Assembly: GCA_964016885.1 (NCBI GenBank)
Contig: OZ024745.1
Location: 55,118,001 to 55,182,000 of the forward strand
Direction of reading: 5' to 3'
Source: Eledone cirrhosa
Lineage: Eukaryota
DNA length: 64,000 bases
The translations under genes and the position numbers were made by a program. Shown here in pieces: positions 13,491 through 26,770 of the stretch. Position 1 is the stretch's first letter. Each line of letters starts with the position of its first letter. Under the pieces are notes generated by a model. The model did no database searches and was not told where the DNA came from. It saw only the letters and a list, made by a program, of their open reading frames with translations.

Positions 13491-14839
13491 AACACCCGAG
13501 AAGTTGACAACCTTTAAATCTCGTAAATCTTGGTAAAAAGATTTGACTGACTATCCAGACTAGGAGTATACACCCAAATTCCAGTCATAAAACATCCCCG
13601 TAAGAGAGAAACTCTTAGATGCATCATGCAATCACAAATGCCTTGTGGTTGAACTAGTGAATTTGTGATCTCTGTCCAAACATGAGAGACCTATACCTTT
13701 CTTGGTTTTTCTTTACATTAGAATCTTTAGCCAACACCCTTCTCTCATAGACGACCAGGCAATGCAGCTATATCAATATTATACCTTCTAAATGCTCTGA
13801 AAACTATAGTAGTTCTGCATTGTAGATTTGTTTATCAATCCCTGTTAAGTAGTGTTCTAATATTCCATGCAACATCATTCAATGTAGTGTTCTTGAAAAT
13901 GTCTACACTTGTTGCATTTCATGCTGGTATGAACAGCCATTACATAAGCCATAAGCCGCCTGTGTGTATATTAACAACTATAAACCTTCATCCTTTGATG
14001 TCTGTATAACTTGAAACATCTCAATCGACGAAGGTCTTTGAAGAGCTATCTGCACAAGGAGAACAAAAAAGGATTTACTTGTGCTACATTCATGCAGCTC
14101 TCTAGGTGTCAACAGAGAGAGTGAAATGACTATTAAATGTGAAAGGATCAGAAGCTGTATCACCCACAGATATATAAATGTATCATTCTCACAGAAAAGA
14201 ACGCGATCTGTATCAGCCGTAATTTTTTTCAGATAAGTAATATATATGTTAAATAAATAAGTAAAATAAAATGATTAAAACAATCTTTTTAAGTTTTCTT
14301 AACATTTTACACATACATACATACATATATGCATGCATTGACACTCACATACAAATATACATACATGTAATCTATATATACGCACAGCCACACGTATGTA
14401 TGTATGTATATATGTATATATGTGTGTGTGTATGTATGTATAGTACATTAAGAGACAGGTGACAGCTGCAATCGTCAACATGAGCTAATGGTGCGCTCTC
14501 ATTAGAGCGATTTCAGTAAATCAATAACTTTTAGAAAAGAAGTAGGAATATAAATATATACACCATCGAGAATCTTGATATCTATAGAAGGCGCTTCTGA
14601 AAATTTCAAATAAGCCGACAGACTAGCAGTGTAAAGGGCACTTCCATTCCAATACCAAAGTTATATTGTTAGAGCAAAGGCTCGTACAAGAGGTAACGAG
14701 AGAACGATAGGTAATCTATAGGACTGAGTGGCAGGAATGTTAGAATTCTATCTTTCTTGGACCGAGAAAGATACTTTTCAATTTCAAGCATATTTGTCAG
14801 GCTTTCTATCAAGATTTTACAGAATTGTTCTTGTCAAGT

Positions 14840-16020
14840 TGTTGGACGGAAATGGTGGACAAGCGTAGTTCTGACGTCAGTAGTATCGCGTAACTTTCGG
14901 TAGAAAGATACGATGATTCAAATATTTGGCCAAGGTGATTCCAAAACGTTTAGCACTTCTTTTCAAAATTCTGCTTGGCTGAGGTGATGTTCTGATCAAC
15001 TAGAGCGCATCGTGACAACAGAACCACAAATTCGTGTTTTGCGGTCAGAGACGGGGCATGCTAATCGATTACAGGCAGCTGTGTGCGGATTGTCACCAGC
15101 ACTTTGCGAAATTGATCATTGGAAAGATAGCAAATATCGACGTGAGATGCGGAGGGATATAAAAACTGACAATAGCCTCCGAGATTCGGGAATACCTGGC
15201 CCACCGTATGGTCTCGCCTATGAGTTTCACGTAGATAAATCAGACACCCTATTCCATCTCATCGGAGTCGCTTACTGAAACTGTCAGCAGAACGGAATCA
15301 TTCTCAGTGAGTCGGGGTATAGTTAAGATGATGAGAACATATTAGAACAAGAGGGATGTCATCGGTTAGTTCCGGCCCGGAAATCTGCTAACTTCAGTGT
15401 TTACGATTTTAGCTAAAATGACAGCAACATTGATGGCGCCTGTTGCCATGAGCCTGGTGCAGAGAGCGCAGACCTGCGATTCCCTACTACGTCCGTACGC
15501 AATGACCTCAACCTCATGTGATTCATCTTAAATAATGTAAGGGATAATCTTGCTTGAGCAGGGCTCTGATAATTTTGGGTCAATGGAAAATGTTTGATAA
15601 TTTCCAGCACCCACACCTGGAGGCTGTCATCCAGACAGCCCGCTTCGGTCCCGCCTTCAGAGGCAGGAAGGCTGACATGTACAGTGGCATGTGCGAGGTT
15701 GTCAAAATCAAAGGCCACCTATCGGAAATGTTCCAGCTCAGACACTCGTTCCGTCACGTATGATCTCTCTCCTCAGTTATTTACTTATTAACGCTCGTTC
15801 TTTCATTGCGGATGCTGAAGTTGTTGTAATGCATCCTGCTCGAATAGGAACGTGGAAGTGCTATGTCGGCATATGCGATGGCGTCAACGTGATAGTGCCA
15901 GATAATGCTCAAACATGTAATAAGGGCACGGCATTTCACGGTATTCCTAAACGGGGAACAGTTGTGGTCACCGTTTGAGAGACAACTCTTTCCGCATCGT
16001 ATGTCTTTGACTCATCGTGG
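14840..16020 (+). mobile_element. L1/Tx1-clade LINE reverse transcriptase remnant
   Basis: Ordered motifs GIPGPPYGLAYEFH (PG.DGL.YEFY), RPGNLLTSVFTILAK (RPI.LLN.DYKILAK), LGQWKMFDNFQH...FGPAF...KGHLSEMF (LDQ.KAFD.V.H...GFGP.F...NG.LS..F), SAYA (YADD). Confidence 0.8.
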
Positions 16021-16129
16021 GTCAAACGAAAACGGAGACTGAGAAACTGACATCTGGAATTGTGACAAGCCTTCACTGCCCTCTAATGGTGGAACATTAC
16101 AGACAGTCGAAATTCCACCTTAGAAATAG

Positions 16130-16285
16130 AGTGATAAATCGACCCTAGTGCATTACTGGAATTTTCTTTTATCGACCCCGTTAAGGCAAAGCTAACCTCT
16201 GCAGAATTTGAACTCAGAACGTAAAGGGCCATAACTATGCCACAAAGCATGTGGTGCGACGCTCTGCCGTTACTGCCACTCCACC
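16130..16285 (-). mobile_element. SINE family A
   Basis: TTTATCGACCCCG...GGCAAAG...ATTTGAACTCAGAACGTAAAG. Confidence 0.8.
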
Positions 16286-17499
16286 ACTCTTATTATTATC
16301 ATTATTATAATTATTATAATTATTATAATTATTATTGGATTGAAAAATACATTAATATATCATCTTTTTATATATGTGAACTATATGCCCTTTCTATAGA
16401 AATCGTCAATGTAAATATTTTATTGACGTTCGGCACTTTTCTTTCATTTACCAACAGCATATGCGTTCTTACTGTTAGCTTGCTTTCCAACAGAGTTACT
16501 CCAGATGTTATTGATTTCCTTGTGAGGTTTTGTTTCTGCGGATATAATTGGTATGTGTGAGACATTCTTTTACGTTGAAAAGGCATTAAGCAACATAACT
16601 TTCAGTTATATACATACAAAGTGACGAATAATTTTATGTGTTCGGTTTCAAATATGTAATGTAGTATGCAGTGATCATTTAGTAAATTTCACGTATAAGT
16701 GTCTATGGCATTCAATTTTTGACACACTGCTGTCGAATGCAATTGAATCAAAGACAAATTTGAATTAATCCCGAAAACAATTAAGTGAAATGATTCGATG
16801 AGTTTTTAAACTTAATCCATTCACAATCCCAGATTTTCCTGAAACACTATTTCTAACATCTTGCCTGAAGCTGCATATTTAATTTTCTCCCACTTGGCCC
16901 CGATGAATTCCTTACACTTACACAGTTATCATTAAATAAATTAGAGAGCATTGAATCCCGCTCTATCCTATTAGCAATAAAATGGAATAATAAAAAAGAA
17001 TGTGAGGAAAATGTATTAGAAAGAGAATAGGAAGAAAAATCATAATAAAGAGAATATGAGATAAAAGAATAAAGAGATGAAAACGAAAAAGAAGAAAAGG
17101 GAGAAAGAGCAGAAAAAGATACAGAAAAAGGAGAAAGGGAAAAAGAAAAAAAAGAAGACAAGACGAAGAAAAACAAAAGAAAAATAATAAAGATTTCTAT
17201 ATTCACAGCACGGGCTTACGAAAGAACATCTTTTAAAAAACTCCTCTTCCTATTTTAAATGATGTTAATAGCTTGAAAAATGCAAAATAGAATACGCTCC
17301 AGTATCATGGTCTAGAACTACAATGATTGCTAGCTCTCGGATTGGAGTATGGAACTCGCCCTAGCTAAACAATTCGCAACACCTAAAACCTACCCTCACA
17401 ATAAAGCAATCAGTCGTGTCGGGTGGAGCAAGACAAACAACTCATCCGCAAATGCGATATCCTCGTGCTGCTATATGGCCATGGGCATATAGGAAATAT

Positions 17500-18900
17500 A
17501 ATTCTGTTCTTTCTTGAAAGATACTGAAATGATTGAAAACCCTGAAGCTAAATTGAGGGGTAATATTATCAAGATAAGGAAAAAACTGGTTTTCCGTTAT
17601 TGAAGATTATTCAGTAAATACGACATCCCATGGCTATACATCAGCTGTCGAGGCAAGTATCAAAAGGGGATGATCATTCCATTGACAACTCATGATAATT
17701 ATATTAATGTGGGACACATTGCATTACAAACATAGTTTTGCCATGAAAAAGCAAAAGAAAATATTACTATATGGAAGCTGGAGATGAAATGGATGAGGAG
17801 ATGGATAGAATTGTAGAAAAGCGTGATGAATTATCTGAGCAGGAAGAAAGTTTGGAACAAGTCAATCTTTGCTGGAAGGTGAAGCTTATGGGTCAACGGT
17901 TAATACTGAATTCCGGTTCTTTGAGGAGTCTGTTATATATGTTATTCAAAATTGGTGTGTGCAGCTGCATATATTTGTGGTAACAGATACGGATTGAAGA
18001 AGAAAAAACAGATTACACGTATGACAAAGCTATGCCAGGAATAGTTAGATGTAGATGTTCAAGGCCAAAATAAAACAAGAATAAATTGAATGACTGTAGG
18101 GAAAAAACAAGGCACAAGTCGAGAGGAGAGAGGGGATTATAACACCAAGGGAAAGGGTTAATTATTAAAGGTGTTCACGATTGTGAAAGAGGAGATAATA
18201 CAGCGTATAACTCCTAATAAAACCCAGGCTAAAAAGAAATATATTAACAACAAAATGTACAATATACACAGACGCAGTGAATTGGGTGTCAGATAGAGAG
18301 AACACATTACATAACAAAAACGTGGTTTTAATTCAAACTGTGGCTCAATAGGTAGCGGTACCAATTGATTAATATATTGAAACATTCAAAGAAGACAAGA
18401 ATTATTAAGAGTGAAATATTATGGTGTGATAATTTGATATATGAAATTGTCTGAGACTTTCCATTCCACAGGAACAATGTGATAAAATCTAATCTCATAT
18501 AGATTTGGTTGAATACAATTGAAATATAAGACAGCTATGAACATCTTTGTATTCTGATATAAATATAGACTCATTCGATCAAAACATTAATCACAAACTG
18601 TTAAACAATTTAATAATGAACAAATTATAAATAACATACGAAATCGAAAAGTTTTACGCATCCATTATTTTACACTCAGTAAAATTCCCACAGCGCTCAA
18701 AGTGTAGATGGCAATCAAAGCAGAGTAAAATGTTATATGACGAACAGAGAAAGACAAAAAAAAAAGCTGTCATATAACTAGAAGATAAACAAACTACACA
18801 TACTTTAACCACGATTATGATTATTCAATATAAACACAAAATTCACTCCACGGCTAGAGTCATAGGGAATCGTGTGGCTATAGAGTAAAAAACAAACATG
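17500..18900 (+). mobile_element. Highly decayed R4/Dong-like LINE 3' region
   Basis: Remnants resembling LNSGN, DVD(RLY) and WDF.I.T...I..NRPD motifs in the expected order; frames broken. Confidence 0.35.
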
Positions 18901-20517
18901 CAAGAAAAGCTTGAAAATACAAAAAAAAGGGGAATTTCGTTTTGGAATATGCTTTTAAAAAGAAACTATGGTTAATATGATTTACTACGTAGTTTTTTGC
19001 TAAGAATTTTAAGCATGCAAATTGATGTATGTATGATGAAACAAAAACCTGTGTTAAGCACACGAACCCACAAGCATAAACGTATTAATGTATGCATGTC
19101 AGGCGGTGTATACACGAACATTTCACATATACACACACACATGCATACTTACATATACAATTCAAAAATGTAGCAGCAATATGTAGTTTTGTATTCCTTC
19201 ATGTATATATACATATATGTGTTGTGTGTGTTTGTGTGTGTGTGTGTGTGTGTGCGTGTGTGTATGTGTCTTTGTGTGTGTGTGTGTGTTCATACATAAC
19301 GGCGTAGCTGCAATAACATAACCACAGCAGTATTTCTTAACCATAGAAAAATTGATAATTTTATGCATTATTTCCATGTTCATCCAATGAACCTAACCCT
19401 TCCAACCACTTTGCGGCAATCAATATGCACATTCTCCTTTCTATCAGCCATCGTTGTATCTGAGAATAGTAATAACATGATAAATGAATACATGCAACAA
19501 TAAATGAAAACTAAAATCAATCAAAGTAAAGGGCACTTTTGGAAGTTGTAAAGAGTGAAATAAGGCACTCAGCTATCTTACATTTCCAACTAAATATCTA
19601 TCACCAACAATCCACCATACAACTCGGAAACAATGAAAAATATTTTAACAACATCAATTTTATTAACAGCTTTTTACTAACTAAATATTCATCGTTACCT
19701 AAATAATAAAGAAGAGAAGCAAATCCTGGCATCAATAACAACACAATTAAGAAATTGTATAACGCTAGGTCATGTCAAAATCGGCTCCATAACTATGGAA
19801 TGAAGAATCGGAGTTGAGGAATGAAGGAAGAAAAGAGGTAGAGAAGAATGCAAGGGAGTAAAGAAGGGGCTTGTTTCTACTGGTACATTACAGTACATTC
19901 CCGCATGTTATATTGATCCTTGATGCAAGATCAATACTACGACACTGCATTAGCTTATCAGAATATATTGCCGCAGTGACCACTGTTTGGTATATCTCTA
20001 ATGGTTGGGAATGAACATTTTGATTCTTTGAAATATCTGCTTGCCTTTCCCCTTACAAAAACCAGTATCACAACCGCACCCAAAATTACAGCATTCATCT
20101 TTAAAAAGGCATTTACTTTACACTTTCGCAACGCATATTCATTTATGGATTTATTCTTATCGCATGAAAACCTCACATACACGGACGCATGTTTAGAAAC
20201 AGATCCTCATGTACGCAAACCTAGCGATATGCAACAGATTCCAAATGGGCTTGCATTTCTGTGGGATTGATCCTATAATTCCGATACGGAAGAAATGTGG
20301 TTAGTTTTTCATAACACTTCTGTCACCTAGTTAATGAAATCTTGTACATATGTGAATGTAAAATGTGTCATCCATGGACACGTAGAACAGAAAGTAAACA
20401 TTTAGAAAGTAGATGTCACGGTTTGAAATAAACACATTGTTGCATGCATATGAATCAGGAAGACTTAAGTCTGAAACGACTTCCACACATGCATGCGCAC
20501 TTGCACTTATTTACATG

Positions 20518-20590
<73 letters not shown>

Positions 20591-20595
<5 letters not shown>

Positions 20596-21090
20596 CTGCA
20601 TATCCACCGGCGTTGTGTATGCTCTCCGGTGTTCCCTTTGGGGGTCTTTATATGTCGGACAAGCGGGACGCCGTATGGCGGACCGTTTTGCTGAAAATTT
20701 GAGGGACATACAACTCGGTTTGGATACTCCTGTCGCCCGTCATTTCTGTTCTCCTGGTCATTCTTCCCTACATGTTTCAGTCCTGGGTGTCCTTTTACAT
20801 TATGGATCACAGGCCTCGCGCACCAGGACTGAACAAAGTCTGATTCACCGTCTTGGGTCCTATTCCCATCTTGGACTCAACTCACCTCCCCAATTTCTCT
20901 AATACCCCGTCCATTATCACACCCCTAGTTTCCTATCGCTTTCTCGTTGTTCATAGCTTCGAGTGTGTGTGCGCACACACTCTTTTACTCACATATATAC
21001 ACACATTTCTTCTTAGCTTCGTACGAACCTATAATAACACACACACACACACACTCATGCTTTATTTCTGTTTACCTTTTACATGTATAT
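20591..21090 (+). mobile_element. 5'-truncated Penelope-like element: GIY-YIG endonuclease end plus 3' tail
   Basis: CISTGVVYALRCSLWGSLYVGQAGRRMADRFAENLRDI...PVARHF...EQSLIHRLGS...GLN; homologous to 41450-41729; bounded by (TA)n on both sides. Confidence 0.9.
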
Positions 21091-21292
21091 ATATATATAT
21101 AGAAGAAGTTAGTATGCCCGTGGGTACTAAGTACCCCCGGAAGTACATAGGTTGTCTATGATTTAAGGTTGTTCTATGGTATCAATTTGACATACCAGAA
21201 CTATAATATTAATATAAGCAGAACAAGCAAAATTCAACCAATTTTTTAAAATAAATTAAAAAATATAATTTAAATATTTACCTATTCTTTTC

Positions 21293-21374
21293 GCCCTTAC
21301 CGATCGGTTTCGCCTTGTAAAACACTAGAAATCCAATGGATTTCTAATGGAAAATCAAGGCTCATCAGAGAAGC
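21293..21374 (-). ncRNA. Type I hammerhead ribozyme, long helix II insertion
   Basis: Minus: GCTTCT-CTGATGA-GCCTTG...CAAGGC-GAAA-CCGATCGG-TA-AGGGC; palindromic helix III; GUA site. Confidence 0.85.
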
Positions 21375-21774
21375 ATTTTCCTTTCCTAGGGCTAAAGACC
21401 CAGGAACGATAAAATATATTGTTATCTGCCAGCTAGCACAGATCCAAAAGGCCGAAAAATGACCTGTACGCGAACTACCCGAGGTGAAAGCGGGAAAAAC
21501 ATAGACGTGTTGTCTATCTCGTTACTAAAAATAGCAGCTAAATAGAAACAACAGATTTGTTCTCAACATAACGGAGTGTAATAGAAGAAGTTAGTATGCC
21601 CGTGGGTACTAAGTACCCCCGGAAATACATAGGTTGTCTATCATTTAAGGTTGTTCTATGGTATCAATTTGACATACCAGAACTATAATATTAATATAAG
21701 CAGAACAAGCAAAATTCAACCAATATTTTAAAATAAATTAAAAAATATAATTTAAATATTTACCTATTCTTTTC

Positions 21775-21856
21775 GCCCTTACCGATCGGTTTCGCCTTGT
21801 AAAACACTAGAAATCCAATGGATTTCTAATGGAAAATCAAGGCTCATCAGAGAAGC
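21775..21856 (-). ncRNA. Type I hammerhead ribozyme (second repeat unit)
   Basis: Same sequence as 21293-21374, shifted by 482 bp. Confidence 0.85.
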
Positions 21857-22137
21857 ATTTTCCTTTCCTAGGGCTAAAGACCCAGGAACGATAAAATATA
21901 TTGTTATCTGCCAGCTAGCACAGATCCAAAAGGCCGAAAAATAACCTGTACGTGAACTACCCGAGGTGAAAGTGGGAAAAACATAGACGTGTTGTCTATC
22001 TCGTTACTAAAAATAGCAGCGAAATAGAAACAACAGATTTGTTCTGAACATAACGGAGATAATAGAAGTTAGTATGCCCGTGGGTACTAAGTACCCCCGG
22101 AAATACATAGGTTGTCTATGATTTAAGGTTGTTCCAT

Positions 22138-22139
<2 letters not shown>

Positions 22140-22224
<85 letters not shown>
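22140..22224. repeat. (TA)n microsatellite (another at ~22435-22542)
   Basis: Direct reading. Confidence 0.97.
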
Positions 22225-22545
<321 letters not shown>

Positions 22546-22757
22546 ATCGTTTAAATTTGGTGGTTTACCACTGGATAGAAATGGTCATTCTGCAATGTTA
22601 ACCTTGACGTAAAATGAGTAAAGCACTCGACGTCATGCAACTTATCCATCTTCAATGTTGAATCATGTGGATGGTGTGGGAATCGGGTAAATGTATTATA
22701 AACTGAAATGACAGGAGGCCAAATATGGTGAATATTCTTAATTTTTTATTACTGTAA

Positions 22758-22814
22758 ACACTATGCACATTTCAGTCACCAGGTTGTGTAAGACCCGTTG
22801 ACCTCATCAGGTGT
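22758..22814 (-). ncRNA. Type I hammerhead ribozyme
   Basis: Minus: ACAC-CTGATGA-GGTCA...TGACT-GAAA-TGTGCA-TA-GTGT; near-palindromic helix III; AUA site. Confidence 0.75.
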
Positions 22815-23342
22815 AAATTGCGTAACAGGTGTATACCAACGAAAAATCAGAGAGAAAATGTCCGAGACGGACGTGGTAGCATGCTGCTACATTGCTCGCC
22901 CGCCCCTCTGAGTGAGGTTATTTAAAAAAAATCTTTCCTGCTAGTTTGCTAGCGCGTCGGGGGGGGGGGGGTACTTACCCCAAACAAACAGGGCCCAAAG
23001 GTTCACCGATCTTCCGAGTAATTACGGTTTACCGTAGAAAAAGGAAATTACAAAGCACTGAAGGGGGTAGACAGACCTAGTCGCCCCGAGTGCAGCTTGA
23101 AGGCTATCCATAGTCAGCCGGTGTCGTAACATGGTATGTATTCGTAGCCATTCATGCTAGTGAAGTTAGTGCTAAAGCCAAGAATTATCAAAATTGAAGC
23201 TACGTAGGATACAATGAGATAAGAAAAACTATACACGATCCCCTGCTATCCTAATAACAGCAATGGGGTAAGATTCCATAATATTGCCTTATACTTTATT
23301 TTATATATATATATATATAATAAAGTAAAAGGCAATACTATG

Positions 23343-23388
<46 letters not shown>

Positions 23389-23392
23389 ATAT

Positions 23393-23920
23393 TAACTACC
23401 AAAAAAAAGTTCTCGCTCTACATTGCTGAATACAATATATGTAATCTGAGTTTTTCGAATATTGATAATAATATTCGATTCGTTTGCAATTATGCAAACA
23501 CCCTCTTTTAAGCCATGTTAGTAGAATGAGCCCCTCATTCTTGCTCTTGTGATGGCATGATACAGTTTATTATTCTCCTGCCAACTGTCAGAGCTAGTAA
23601 AAAATAGATGATATTTTCTAAAATATACAGTGACTAATCAGCCCGATTAGCATATTAACAGACTCGCTGATCAGTCAGATCTGCATATTACCAGATGCAT
23701 TGATCACCCAGATTTGCATATTAGCAGATAGGCCAGTCTGTTTACATGCAAAAACAAGAGCAATAATGAGCGGCTCATTCTACTGAGATGGCCTAAAAGC
23801 GGATGTTTGTAAAATTGCAAACGTATCGAATATTATTATGAATATGCGAAAAACTCAGATTGCATTTATTGTATTCAGCCATGAAGAGCGATGGCTTTTT
23901 TTATTTTGTCGGGGTAGTTA
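23393..23920. mobile_element. MITE/foldback-like element with ~155-bp imperfect terminal inverted repeats
   Basis: 23393-23550 is the imperfect reverse complement of 23755-23920 (ends TAACTACC...GGTAGTTA); non-coding interior with short subrepeats. Confidence 0.8.
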
Positions 23921-23959
23921 TTTGAATATGGAAAAGCCGGCCATTAATCGCTCGTATAC

Positions 23960-24310
23960 ATTAGACTGCCTGGCCTATCTTCTGATATGCAAATCTGGTT
24001 GATCAGTGGATCTGTTAATACACAGATCTAACTGGTCAGCCAGTCTGCTAACATGCAAATCAGTCTGATCAGTCATGTATATTTTAGAAAATATCATATA
24101 TGTTCACAAGCTCTGACAGTTGGCAGGTGAACAGTGAGCTGTACTGATGAAGGCTGATACCCAGAAACATTATTGTCTGCAGTTCTGTTCGCATGCCAAC
24201 ACAAGAGCAAGAATGAGGGGCCCATTCTACTAACATGGCTTAAAAGAGGCTGTTTGCATGATTGAAAACGAATCGAATATTATTATCAATATTCGAAAAC
24301 CTCAGATTAT
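23960..24310. mobile_element. Second, inverted partial copy of the 23393-23920 element carrying a hammerhead
   Basis: Reverse complement of ~23440-23740 with an extra ~48-bp segment at 24144-24191. Confidence 0.8.
24129..24190 (+). ncRNA. Type I hammerhead ribozyme with long bulged helix I
   Basis: GAACA GT GAGCTGTA-CTGATGA-AGGCTGATACCCA-GAAA-CA TTAT TG-TC-TGCAGTTC TGTTC; 8+5 bp helix I, GUC site; helix II weak/atypical. Confidence 0.7.
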
Positions 24311-24334
24311 ATTTATATATATGTATATAAAGAG

Positions 24335-24665
24335 TAATGTGTCGTGATCCACTTCTGTCACGAATGAACAATGGATTGACAATTAGAATGTTTACCTCCG
24401 AGGCATAATTCAGAGCAAGCTTGATTGTAGAAATCCAGCAGTCGCCAATGCATAACATCTCCCCTTTTCACACAACCGATGCTGTCAAACGGAAACAATG
24501 GTCGATACAACATGACACCAGTGTCGCCACAACTCGTTTCTATAGCTAAGTAAACTGGAGTAACGCGAAATAAATTGTTTTGTTCAAGGACACAGCGCTT
24601 CACCCGGTTTGTGATTTGAACTTACCTCAGGACTGCAAGGCTTTCGTCGATCCACTCGACCACAT
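24335..24665 (-). mobile_element. SINE family B
   Basis: Minus: GTGGTCGAGTGG...GTTCAAATC...CTGTGTCCTTGAACAAAAC...CTCCAGTTTACTTAGCTATAGAAA, homologous to 1448-1600. Confidence 0.7.
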
Positions 24666-25574
24666 CTGAATCCAGTTCCTGGTCCCGATCCATCACTGTT
24701 TCTGTTGATGGGGGACGGAATTACGATTTGAATTTCCATGATCTGAACTGTTTTAATATTTAACTAACGCGAATGCTTGTTTCCAAGGTTGTTTTCTTAC
24801 TTGTAGAAAGAACAGCAAGCGAGTTGGAAATTCAATAAACGTATGTTATATCAACTACCAGAATATATTTTCTAGGGTCGAAGATATTAACAGATCCTTT
24901 ATCCCATTGCTTTATTTCAAATCAATGAAATCTGCAAATGAATCCACGTGTATGTTTCCTTGAAATTATATCAGAATTTATAATTAAACCAAAATATCAT
25001 AGATTGCAAATTTTAACCTATTCCATTTTCAAATGTGCTGACACTTAAAATCCAAACCTTTAAATCTATAATGTAAGATCCGATTGTCGTTACATGTATA
25101 AGATGCTGAGGCAATTCCCGAAATCTCGCATATATTGTTTAATCACATCTAAGCACCTAGCTTAGATTATTTGTGATAACACTAAGGCCATACATGCTTC
25201 TTAATTCCTATGGACTCAAACATGTTAACATTTCATTATGAATTGTTTAATTGAAGTTAAAGGCACTAATATCACGGGAATTCATGTAATTTCATATAAT
25301 TCTCCCGTATTCTAACGTATTCATAATTGATAATCTCTACTGTGATGACATGACATATATCCATCGTATGCCGTATCATTTATTATTCAATTATTAAGCA
25401 ATTATTGACTGGAAAACATATTTAATTATTTATTTCATTATGCCACTAGATAGTATATTACATTTAAATATATAGTAATTTAAATATATTACATCTACGA
25501 TATATCAGTTCTAAAAGTAATATTGGCAGATTAAAAAGTTGTAAGTTTCGTATTTGTATTCTTAAATCAACTCA

Positions 25575-25730
25575 AGGGCGGTAAATTGTTAGTGCCACTA
25601 CATCGTCGGACAAAATGTTTTGCGGTGGTTAGTTATGACTTTCTGCATTGCGTTCAAATCACACAGTGGTCAACTTTGCTATTCACTCTTTCGTGCTCGA
25701 TTAAATAAAGCACCACTTTATTACTGACAT
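25575..25730 (+). mobile_element. SINE family A, diverged
   Basis: GGGCGGT...GTTCAAATC...CAACTTTGCTATTCACTCTTTCG.GCTCGATTAAATAAAG. Confidence 0.6.
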
Positions 25731-26259
25731 GTTTGTCCTCGAATTTACTCTTCCCAAATTTGTTTGATTGTTGTTACTGTTAGAAAACACTCTCTTAACA
25801 TTAAGTACATCAGCGTATTTTGTTGTTAATCATGGTATCTATACTTGCGTAATAATTATTTTCATATACCTTTATGTTTTTAATTCGTAACATTCCATTA
25901 TCTCCTTTGAACCGCACAGCAAGTAGTTCATATGTTGATTTCATTATCTTAGACATACACCTGTCTATTTTGTATTCTGTCATACACAATTACTCACTAA
26001 GGAAGAAAGGAAGAATGTTTCTTAGGCAGAATCGCAGGATCACAAACACATATATGCATATGTAAACACGTGTGTTTGTGTGTGTGTATGCATGTATATG
26101 TGTATATTTGTGTGTTGGTATGACACTCTCTCTCTCTCTCACAATATATATATTGTATATATATATTGAGTACTCTGGCGTATTGAGTACTCTGGCGCGT
26201 TATGGTCCACCTGGTATCTTATCACACTCTCTTTATATTTATATATATATATATATATA

Positions 26260-26770
26260 TAGTAATAATAATAAATTTGACGACTAAAATCCAAAGAGGG
26301 CTCAATAAGGATAAATATATATCAAATATATAAGAACCGTAAAGCAAATATTTATTAAAATAACAGTTTAATCAAATAATCGCTGCTTTCACCCTTAAAG
26401 GGATCTTCTGAAACTAACAAAGTCAATCTGTAAACGCAGAAGTGGATATTTCAAAAAACGTTGCAACCGAAGGAAGACAGGAAGACGATACTTTGGTTCG
26501 TGGAAACGTTCCCTGGCAAAGAACGGGGAAAAACGAATATAATACGCCATTAATAGGAACGGTGAAAAACAATTACGCGCAAAGACAGAACCATGTTTAT
26601 GGTAAAAAAGAGGTCGTAGACTAATGTTCTCTTAGGTGGTTCATAGAGACGTTCACTGGCAATGAACGAAAAAAAACGAAGATAATACGTCATATGTGGA
26701 GCCTGGAGAACAATTGCACGCAAAGACAAAACCACGTAAATGGTATAGCAGAAGTCGTAGACTAAAACTC
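26260..26770. repeat. Dispersed repeat (family of 1901-2082) with an internal ~140-bp-period duplication
   Basis: ACAATT.C.CGCAAAGACA.AACCA.GT..ATGGTA...GTCGTAGACTAA at ~26570 and ~26710. Confidence 0.7.

Larger units (their letters stand above)
21101..22140 (-). repeat. Head-to-tail tandem repeat, 482-bp unit x ~2.15, one hammerhead per unit (retrozyme-like)
   Basis: AGTATGCCCGTGGGTACTAAGTACCCCCGG at 21111, 21593 and 22071; near-identical units; flanked by (TA)n. Confidence 0.92.
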
